Positions 54,107 to 64,000 of a stretch of 64,000 nucleotides of DNA are shown in pieces. The DNA comes from Antedon mediterranea (Eukaryota > Animalia > Echinodermata), in NCBI RefSeq assembly GCF_964355755.1, contig NC_092672.1, positions 25,736,437 through 25,800,436 on the forward strand. The letters run 5' to 3'. The notes under the pieces are model-generated. The model worked only from the letters and a program-made list of their open reading frames with translations, was not told the DNA's origin and ran no database searches. The stretch's first letter is position 1. Every line of letters begins with the position of its first letter. The position numbers were made by a program, and so were the translations under genes.

Positions 54107-57100
54107 ATGTCAGAAAGTGATTTTGACGAGGAATTTTTGGATAGCATGTCCATTGAGGTGGTAGCTCAGCTATCAGAGAGGAGCGTTTGCGACTCCTAGG
54201 TACTAGGGTTGGAGCATCTATAAATGATTCCATGAATAAATATGACTTGATAAATGTGATTGGAAGTCATGTTGGTTTAATTACTCATGAATCCGTAAAT
54301 ACTGCGGGAAATGAGGTAGAGTTGGCTAGAATCGCATTGGAACGTGAAAAATTAATTTTTGAAAGAAGAAAAATAGAGATTCTAGAGATGCAAACTCAAA
54401 GAGAAATGGAAAAAGAAAACATGAATTTGAGTTAAGGAAATTAGAATTAGCTAACCAAATGGGTCACACCACACGGGTTTCTACACCTAATGATTCAGAG
54501 ATTACTCAGAATATTAAATGGGTTCCCAAGTTTAATGAGGACGAGGTAGAGAAATATTTTTTAGCTTTTGAGAAAATTGCTAATAGATTAAAGTGGCCTG
54601 CTAGACACTGGACTGTGTTGTTACAAACTGCTCTTGTGGGTAAAGCCCAAGAGGTGTTTTCTGCATTGGCTGATGATCAATGTGAAAGCTATGATGCGGT
54701 TAAAACTGCTGTTTTGTCAGCTTATGAGTTAGTTCCAGAGGCGTATCGTCAGAAATTTAGGAACTTAGGTTAACCTGATGATCAAACGTTTACAGAATTT
54801 GCACGTAAGAAGCAGATTCTTTTTGATAGATGGTTTAGTTCGGAAGGAGTAAAGGGTGAATTTGGAAAGCTTCGTGAGCTTATGTTAGTTGAGGAGTTTA
54901 AATCTTGTTCCCCTACTGAAGTTCGTACACATCTGGAGGAGCAGAAAGTTGATAATTTAGTGAAAGCGGCTTCTGTTGCCGATAATTATGTGCTCACGCA
55001 CAAGGTGGTGGATACCAAATCGGTTTCCAAATCTGTTGGTGATTCTAAGGTCCAAAGTCAGAAAACTACAGTTAATAGTAGTAGTAAATTTGTCAGAACT
55101 TGTTTTTACTGCAAGAAAAAGGGTCAAATAAAGGCAGATTGCTGGCTGTTTCAAAGCAAATCTAAAGGGGATAATAAGAAACCCCAATCACTTCCAAACA
55201 CGTTAGTAAATACAGTCCCGTTGAAAGTGACAGCGAGTCATGACGTTGATGAATGTGAGAAGTTGATCCAATCTTCAGGTCCGGGAAAAGTGCGAAAGCT
55301 ATTTAAGCCTTTCCTCTCTACTGGTTCTGTAGCATTGATCAACGATGTGAATCTGAGTAAAGTTCGTGTCTTAAGAGACACAGGGGCGTCACAATCCCTG
55401 ATAATAGAATCGGCATTGTCATTTTCAAACGAGTCTTCTGCTGGAGCAAGTGTGCTCATTCAAGGTGTTGAAGGGGGTTATAAGGAAGTCCCACTTCATG
55501 TAGTTCGGATTGAAACAGATATTGTTAGCGGAGATTTTGTTGTCGGTGTCGTTCCGAGTCTTCCAGTATGGGGTGTCACACTCCTTTTGGGGAATGATTT
55601 GGCCGGAGACAGAGTGACAGTAGAACCGGTTGTGTGCAAGAGTCCTGTTGAAGACGAAAGCACGGTGTGTTTAGAGAAAGAATTATCACATGTGTTTCCA
55701 TCATGTGCGGTGACGCGATTTATGGCAAATAAAACCATAGATGAGGATTAGAGTATTGACTTATGTGATAGTTTTTACGGAGACATTACGGATCGCGTTT
55801 CCCAAGAGGCTGTCTGCTCAGGTCCCGAGTCACACATTGCCCAGGCTGAACAACAGCACCCAAAAGTGTGTGATTTCGGACCAACAATTCTCAATCGGTC
55901 TAGGTTAGTGGAAGAGCAGAGTAAAGATCCTGATTTGGTGTCATTTGGTCAGCAAGCTCTTTCTGTAGAGGAAATGTCTATTGTTCCTGTTTGTTATTAT
56001 ATAAAGGATGGCATACTTATGCGTAAGTGGAAGCCACCAGATATTCCAAGTAGTGATGTTTGGAATGAGATTCACCAGATAGTTATTCCTAGTGGATACC
56101 GTCAGGATATTATTGGTATTGCGCATGATGATCCTCTTTCAGGTCATTTAGGTGTCAATAAAACGGTAGACAAAATTCTCAGGCATTTCTTTTGGCCAGG
56201 TCTTAGAAAAGATGTGTCTAACTATTGTAAATCCTGTCATGCGTGTCAGGTAGTGGGGAAGCCTAATCAAAAGGTTCCAGTAGCCCCACTTAAGCCTATT
56301 CCTGCATTCGGTGAACCATTTTCAAGAGTTATTGTTGATTGTGTGGGACCATTACCACGTACTAAAAATGGAAATGAGTATCTATTAACAATAATGTGTG
56401 CATCAAGTAGGTTTCCAGAAGCGATTCCTCTTAGGCGTATTACAGCTAAGAATGTTGTTAAAGCATTGGTAAACTTCTTTACATGGGTAGGATTGCCTAA
56501 AGCTGTTCAGTCCGATCAAGGATCAAACTTCATGTCAAAGATATTTAAACAAGTCTTAGAGCAGTTAGGTGTTGCCCATATAAGTTCAAGTGCTTACCAT
56601 CCACAGTCTCAAGGGGCACTTGAGAGATTTCATCAAACACTTAAGAATATGCTTAAAACCTATTGTTTTCAATGTGAAAAGGAATGGGATGAGGGAGTTC
56701 CCTTATTGTTATTCGCTGTTCGTGAAACAGTGCAAGAGTCCTTAGGGTTTAGCCCATTTGAGTTGGTGTATGGTCATTCGGTCCGAGGCCCTCTTAAAAT
56801 AGTCAAAGAAAGGCTGTTAGGGAATGCAGAAGAGTCTGTATCGATACTAGATTATGTGTCTGAATTTCGTGATCGATTAAATCGTGCTCGTGAGATGGCT
56901 AGAAAGAATCTTGTGAAGGCTCAGGGTAAAATGAAGAGATTGTTTGATAGGAAATCAGAAAAGAGAAGCTTTAGTTCAGGTGATGAAGTGTTAGTTATGT
57001 TGCCTCTTCCCAGTCAGCCATTATCTGCAAGATTAGCTGGTCCTTACAAAGTACTAACAAGAGTAGGAGAAGTTGACTATGTGTTAGATACTCCAGATAG

Positions 57101-58552
57101 GCGTAAGAAGAAGCGACTGTGTCATATAAACATGTTGAAACCATACACAGCGAGAAATAATAGTGATACCTGTACGTCAACACCAGTTACGTGTGTTGTT
57201 GAAGAGAATTCTGAAGAGTTTGGGGATCCTGATACATGTGTTAAGTTCAGTAATTCAGATGTTCTTGCAAACATTGAAGAGAAAGTTGGTCATTTATCTC
57301 GTGATCGTAAGGTTGAAATTGTTAGTTTGATATTTGGAAATCTGCAGTTGTTTTCGGATGTTCCAGGTCGAACGAACTTAGTGGAGCATGACGTTAAGAC
57401 AGCTGATTGTTCACCAATAAAACAAAATCCATATAGAGCAAATCCGTTCAAAATGAAGATATTACAAAATGAGATTGATTACATGATTAAGAATGATATA
57501 ATCGAGCCTAGTTGCAGTGCTTGGAGTTCTCCATGTATATTAGTTCCGAAGCCAGATAAATCGTATCGTTTTTGTACTGATTATCGGAAGGTTAATGCCA
57601 AATCTACTACAGATTCATATCTCATACCGAGGATAGATGACTGTATTGATCGTGTGGGTAGTGCTAAGTTTGTCAGTAAATTTGATCTTCTAAAGGGTTA
57701 CTGGCAAATTCCTTTAACCGAGCGTGCGAAAGAAGTGTCAGCTTTTGTAACTCCTATGGGTCTTTATCAGTATAAGGTCATGCCTTTCGGTTTAAAAAAT
57801 GCACCAGCCACGTTCCAGAGATTGGTTAAGGGTATAATTTCAGGGTTGGAGGGCTGTGAAGCTTATATAGACGATTTGGTTGTGCAGAGAATTAAGGCAT
57901 TGTTTGATAGGTTGACAGCTGCAAATTTGACAGTAAATTTGGTGAAAAGCGAGTTTTCGTGTGCAGAAATTGTGTTCTTAGGTCATAAAGTTGGTTGCGG
58001 AAAAGTGAAACCATTAAGTGCTAAGATTAAGGCAGTCTGTGATTTCCCAGTTCCAAAGAGTAAGCAGGAGTTAATGCGGTTCCTGGGAATGGCTGGGTTT
58101 TATCGACGTTTTTGCAGAAGTTTCTCAACGCTTGTAGCTCCATTAACGAATCTGCTGAAAAAGAATGCGAGCTTTGTGTGGTTGGAGGAATGCAATAATG
58201 CGTTCATTAAAGTTAAAGCGATGTTATCAAACGAACCGGTGTTGATGGCTCCACAATTTGATAAACAGTTCTCGTTAATGATTGATGCCAGTGATGTTGG
58301 TTCTGGTACTGTGTTGGCGCAAAGAGACGAGAATGGTGTTGACAAGCCGGTGTGTTTCTACTCGAGAAAATTCAACCAGCATGAGAAACGTTATTCTACT
58401 GTTGAGAAGGAGACATTAGCTTTGATGTCAGCGTTAAAGCACTTTGAAGTGTATCTTGGATCTACTCCGTTTCCAATTGTAGTTTGGACTGACCACAACC
58501 CATTAACGTTCTTGGCAAGAATGAAAGACAAGAATCAACGCTTGTTGAGATG
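54107..58552 (+). pseudogene. gag-pol polyprotein pseudogene of the Gmr1-like element
   Basis: Frameshifts in gag, stops at 54771-73 and 55749-51, a deletion right after YIDDLVV, and truncation at NQRLLR. Confidence 0.88.
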
Positions 58553-61500
58553 CACAGCTGTTTCAACTAGTGTTAAGATATCAGAAAAAGTAAAGCGCCC
58601 TCAGTGTTAGCAGACGACGCTCTCCGATCCGCGCGAACTTATGAATTTTGTACACAAACCATTATTTCGCGAACGCCAAATTAAATTTTGCTACCGTTAG
58701 TTTTTATGTAGAAAACACATTTTATATAAAACCAAACGATTAAAAAAGTTTATGTTCAATTAAAAAATCAATATTTTATTGTTTCTTTAATATAAATTAA
58801 TAAATAAACGACGATATTGTCCATTTTACTGAAATAATCTCCCACACATAAACCAGGAAGTCGATAGAAACTGTGTAATGAAATAGTAAACAATCGTAAG
58901 TAGAAAATATCATTGTATTCCTAACTTATTTTTTGGATATAATTCATTTTTTTAGAAAAAGAACGAACTAGAATATAGGCCATCATTATTATATAAATAA
59001 AATAATACAAGTTATGTTAATATAGCCTGGTTCAGTTTTTAGTAAAACTCGCATATTTTGCAACCCTTTTATACATTGTTATTGTTATCGGCGAGAAAAC
59101 TGTTTGGCGATAGGCTTAGAAAGTGCGTTGAAGCCGGCGATAAACTTGACAGTAATGTGGGCCTAGGATGAAGCTAGGCCCAAACATAGAAAATTCGTAG
59201 TAGTAAAACCTTTAATTATCCTAATCCTAAATTTAATCATTATAACTGTTATCAAATAATTAATGGCATGTGTTTATAATAATAATTATTGCTTTTCTGG
59301 TGCATTTTTAGGCTAGCTGGTGTGACTGAGTGACAGTCATTACTGTAACTATACTACTATTATAGGCCTTTATAAAAATTACACATACAATTACAAATAT
59401 ATTTCACAGATAAGCTGCGGAGCTATTTTTATTTAAAATTTTTTATATTATATTTTATTTCATATACAGTAATGGAGTTTCACGAAAGGGCATTGAGTTC
59501 CCTTTGCTACTGTTGCGGAAAAAAATTTAAAATAAAAGATGTAAAGTACACTTATGAATATAATTTGGATCCAAATCTTAAGTGGCTATGTGGAAGCTGT
59601 CACGTTAGCGCACTTGGTGGACACAACATAACACCATTTAATTTCAAAGACCATGGAGACAAATGCTTAGCGTGCTACTTATTCAGTCAACAATCAAGAC
59701 CTGGTCGAAGGCTGAAGAAATGCAAGTTTCCCGAAAACAGAAGCAATACTACTGGCAGTTTTATTCCCACTCATGAGCACTTGCTACTAAATCCTCAATT
59801 TAAAATTTTTGAAAATTACGATAATCAAGTGTATGAATGTCAGATATGCAATAATTTGTTGTCAATTGACAGCCAGCAGACGCCTTGTCAACATTTTTTT
59901 TGTACATTTTGCATAAACAAATTGTTTAAGGCAGTAGGACGAGAATCAATTGATTGTTTTAACTGCAGCCAAATTGTCAGTAACAAAGATCTCAAACCAG
60001 TTCCACTTATTGTAGAACAATCGCTTAAACGAGTCCTTTTGCAATGCAAACAATGTAAAATTCAATTAGTTTGGTCAGAAACCCCCAATCATGTTTGCAA
60101 AACGTTTAAAGAACAGGCATTCACCAAAATTTTAAGTGCAGTTGAAGAAATTACATGTACTGCCCAAACAAATGAGGTTTGGCCAAAAGAATTGAAAAGC
60201 ATGGCACACAACATAGTACGGAAAGACCTTATGAATAATAAGAAAGTGTCACTTATGACTCGAGGACGGGTGAGTTTTTTAACCCATTACAATTAATTTA
60301 AATTTATCATAATGTAGGCCTACACTCTTGATTCACTCATTATACATTATTATTTGATAAATCATACAAATATTTTATTTGATCAAATTCAGCCAATCAA
60401 CATTGTTAAACAATCAGAGTGCACAACAACTGTTAGTGTTACCAGTACTGAAGAGAAAATGGACCCCCAAAGATGTTTGGCAATCATGAATGCCTGCCGC
60501 ATAAATTGGAGCCAGCAACGAGCACTGCGGAGGTAATTTATTTTATTATTGCTTTTCGTGTCGGGTATGTGGACCTCCGTTGGGCCACACAGCCACTGTT
60601 TACTATTATTCAGTCAACAGTTTACTTTTTTTTTAATTGAATTTAGAATACTATAGAAAACTATAAAAACTATAATTAATCAGTACTGTATATACATTTT
60701 TTTTTTAATATAGATTTTGCCCAGGAGTTTTGGCTTCTGAAAGGCAAATGCGCATTTGCCAAGAACAGATTATCGGTGATCACATAGTAGATTCTATGGA
60801 ATACATGTTTGTCAAACGAGATGGAGCCACATCTATAGGAGGTCTTGTTTTGGAGGAGGTTGCAGTAGTCCGACTAACCAAAATCAAAGAACTAATCTAT
60901 GACTACCTAAACAAATATGATATGTATGTAACATTTTTTGTTGTTATTTTTAAACAAACCTATTTCATACATCAGTACTGTATTATTGGCACAAATTATA
61001 TATACTATAATAGATCGCATGTGGTATAAATATAAGAATAAAATAATTACAAATCTAGTCAGGGAAGACTTAAATTATATTTAATTTTGTAACAAGCAAT
61101 TTTAAATTTTGTAGGTCTGATGAATTGAACTTCTTCAAAGATGGAGACATATTTCTCAAGTTTGGAGGAGACAAGGGTGGTGATACCACTAAATTTGAAG
61201 TTCAAATTTGCAGTTTACCTAAACCCAATGCGCTGCACAATATTATTGTCATTTTGGCATTCCAAGCACCAGATTTTATAGTTAATGTCGAAAAAGGCTT
61301 GAAACTGGTTCTTGATGAAGTCATGGATTTAGATGGAAACCAGTGGACCTCACCAAAGACCAAAAAGTAATATTAAATACAGTAGTATAATATTGGAATG
61401 AGTAACACTGACTTAAGTATATAGCAGAGCTACATAATTATAATATGCAACTTAATTTGAAAATGTTACATAATTTGTATATCTTTAATTATGATTAATG

Positions 61501-64000
61501 TAATTAATTAGAATTCATGGTAATTGAATGAAAATAACTTCTCATTTTACAGAACTCACAATATCCGCCTATTCTTTTTTGGGGATTATGATTTTTTGTC
61601 AAAGGTATATGGACTTGTTGGCCCAAATGGTAAGTACAATTTCCAGTTTCAATACAATTTTTTTTTTATATTTTGGCTATTAGCTCTCATTGTTTGGCAT
61701 TTGTTACACAAAACTGAAGTACTATATATATTATGTAGATTTAAAAATTGATTTTTTTAAAGGAAAGTACAGTTGCATCTATTGTTTTTGTAATCAAGAT
61801 GACATTAGAACCAACAATGTTCCTCAAGCCTGTAGATGTCTCAAGACCTACAATCGTGACTACAAGTCTTTTGTAGACCATGGGAGTGACAAAAAAAAAA
61901 GCAAAACAATATCGCACAGCGTTGTTAGGCCATACCTGGTACACATCGAATTAAACAGGGTAGGTAAATAATCATAACAGCACAGGTCCCCAGTGTTTAT
62001 GTTAGGTTAAATTCAAAATTAATTAAAATCTCAATTTAGAAAGTTTAATACACACTCCAAACAATGAAATGTGTGTTTGTACTTCCATATTAAATAACAA
62101 TGTTAGTATAAAATAACTGTCAAAACAAACAATTGTTACAGTAATTTATAAATATACCTCTTTATTAAATATTTCCTCAACTATTTTTCCAGGTGTCAAT
62201 ACCAGCATTACACATTTCTCTTGGGTTGTTTAAGAAACTCTATGATATGCTGGAAAAAGACGTGCACAATCTTGATGTTATAATTTTTAACATGCGACAG
62301 GATGGTGACATCTTGACTGGTAACTTCAAATGTTGTTTTAACTTTACATTGACATTAAATAAACTCAATTGGTGAAGTTGCTTTTAAAATATACATTGTC
62401 CCTTTCAGCATAGAATTCAGTAAATTTCGAAATTGTTTATCCTGTTTTTATGCATAATAAACAAACCTTTGGCTGAAACTTATTTTTCTATGAATTATCC
62501 ATATTATCATTAACATTTTTTAAATATACTCATTTTGATGCTCATTTTTGATGCAGATTGAAATTTATTTGATTGACCAATATTGTTTAATCTCAGGTGA
62601 TCATCTAGCAGACTTTGAGAAAAGCATATCAGAAGCTGCAGCGCATCGAAATGCTACAATGATTAAAATCCAGTCTTTAGAAGAGAATCTTGAGGATTTA
62701 AGAAACGAGCTCTCAGTGTCACTTGTGACAAAACAGCATAACAAGATTGCAGAGATTGCAGAGACTGGCCACAGAATAAATCTGAAAGAACAAGAGGTCA
62801 AAGACTTGGTCAGTACTACAGTATACACCTTTAAAATTTAAAATTATGTCTAAAATATACAATACTATAAAAATTAATGCTATATTTCTTTTATATTTTA
62901 TATAGCGAAGCACTATGAACCAAGAGATAAAATTTGGAACTGGACCTCTATGTACAAAAATGGACGAGGTGTTGAGGAAGAATAAAATTCCTCGACAGCA
63001 GTACCACGGAAAGAGTTTTGTGGGAAACCATGTATACAGAGCATGCAAAGTGAGTAACTAAAATTTCTAAAATGTGAAGTTCGTTAATTTTTACACAGCA
63101 AAATAAGTAATAAAATTAAGAATTATTTGCGATTGACTCTCGCCATACTGTAAACGTTTTATTTTAAACTATATATTTTATTTTTAGTTCAACATCATAG
63201 AAAAGCTCATGGATGGTGTCTCAATGACTTTAAAGCAACAGATACATCACTGTCCTACAAACTGTAAGCAACTGCTAGAAACAAAATTGCACAAGATACA
63301 GGAATCATTTACACCTGTATTCAAAACCTTTACTAATGTCCATGAATGCATAAACCATACGAGGCGCATCACTGATTCAGAAATAGATCAATATGGTAAG
63401 CAAAAACTGATGACCAAATTATGTGAATTTTGTCTGGTTTTATTTATTCTTAATGTGTGATTAATTTCTTCAAACATCTGTATAATTTAAATTCTCATTT
63501 ATAAACTTTCTTGTTACATTAAAATTTAATTCATGATTTTTTGTCATTTCAAAAGACAATACATCTTTCAAATAAAATATTAAATTTTTTTTCACAAAAC
63601 AGAAACCTACATACAACTGTTCTCCAAAGAATACAGACGCATCGCTCCAAATGTGATTCAACCAAAATTGCACATGTTGGAGCACCACACAATACCGTTC
63701 ATGAGAGAATGGAGAGTAGGAGTTGGACTCTTAGCTGAGCAAGGCGGCGAATTAATCCACTCAGAATTTAATCGCCGGAAAAGGGCGGTATATGGATTAA
63801 AGAGCAACCTTGACCAGCTTATGTCAATCATGAAGTCACATCTGACTTTTATTTCACCCGAGATCCAGCATGAGGTGACTAGGCCCAAGTGCAGAAAAGT
63901 TGAGGAATAGTTTGCTATTTCTCACTCACTTAATTGTTACAGTATTGTACATATTATGAATGGTAGTGGTTTTTTTGTTATTGCCAGAACAATGATTTTG
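58553..64000 (+). mobile_element. CAC-ended DNA transposon of the Chapaev / RAG1-like group; right end outside the window
   Basis: Retroviral homology stops abruptly at AGA TG|CACAGCTG and the composition turns AT-rich. A spliced DDE transposase gene follows. Confidence 0.85.
59472..63910 (+). CDS. Chapaev-type DDE transposase with a RAG1-like N-terminus, ~890 aa. Exons 59472-60269, 60393-60532, 60714-60923, 61115-61366, 61553-61629, 61763-61959, 62193-62319, 62597-62808, 62906-63049, 63188-63395, 63603-63910
   Basis: Ten GT-AG introns, all phase-compatible; 2673 nt of exon sequence with no internal stop seen. N-terminus: H-x7-CYCCG..CGSC..H-x3-CxxC, C3HC4 RING, CxxC..HxC, RGRP, PQRCLAI...WSQQRALRR. 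Core: KFGGDKGG (D), FFGDYDF (D), CIYC, PALHISLG, YHGKSFVGNH, PKLHMLEHH, GLLAEQGGELIH (E). Confidence 0.88.

Larger units (their letters stand above)
52837..58552 (+). mobile_element. Gmr1-like Ty3/Gypsy LTR retrotransposon (gag-PR-INT-RT-RH), degenerate; 3' part displaced by a DNA transposon
   Basis: 5' LTR TGTGATGGG(52837)...CCCGTAACA(53749) with AATAAA. PBS TGGGGGTCATCCG at 53753 (tRNA-Pro-like). gag with VPEAYRQKFR and a degenerate CCHC knuckle. Protease LRDTGA. Integrase (GHLG, CHAC, DCVGPLP, SDQGSNF, ERFH) lies upstream of RT (DLLKGYWQ, MPFGL, YIDD) and RNase H (DAS, EKETLAL, TDHNPL). Confidence 0.92.

Noticed and set aside
53417-54120. Arg/Gly-rich ORF (GRPIRGR repeats) and the following ORF
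   Set aside because: Read-through of MITE subterminal repeats, LTR, PBS and leader sequence.
59472-63910. Calling the gene RAG1 or ProtoRAG RAG1L outright
   Set aside because: It lacks the RAG1 core signatures (SCDG, GTGYDEK, NYFHK, SEGNE), has a coiled-coil insert and a short NBD region, and no RAG2L or 5-bp TSD can be seen in the window. Chapaev-type is the safer call.

Overview
AT-rich, intron-containing animal genomic DNA, probably a marine invertebrate such as an echinoderm (inferred from the transposon content and abundant TAGGCCTA motifs). Host genes: (1) a spliced MFHAS1-like ROCO gene (LRR-Roc-COR, + strand, ~7.9-12.8 kb) with a Death-domain exon inserted in the COR region; (2) a two-exon galactose-3-O-sulfotransferase gene (- strand, 23.8-35.6 kb) whose 10-kb intron holds a near-intact L2/Crack-type LINE; (3) a Ly6/three-finger exon at 52.8 kb that is cut by a retrotransposon. 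Much of the rest is mobile DNA: a decayed CR1, a nested Harbinger/hAT/MULE/Kolobok MITE cluster, an Academ-type element with 0.9-kb TIRs, P-like MITEs, and a Gmr1-type LTR element (integrase before RT). The most notable feature starts at 58553. A CAC-ended DNA transposon has inserted into the RNase H of that LTR element and encodes an apparently intact 11-exon, ~890-aa DDE transposase with a RAG1-like N-terminus (zinc module, RING, ZnA-like finger). Its core motifs fit Chapaev better than RAG1L, yet its left end reads like a 23-RSS (CACAGCT, 23 bp, AGAAAAAGT). The right end lies outside the window. All exon models and family assignments were made by eye, without database searches.
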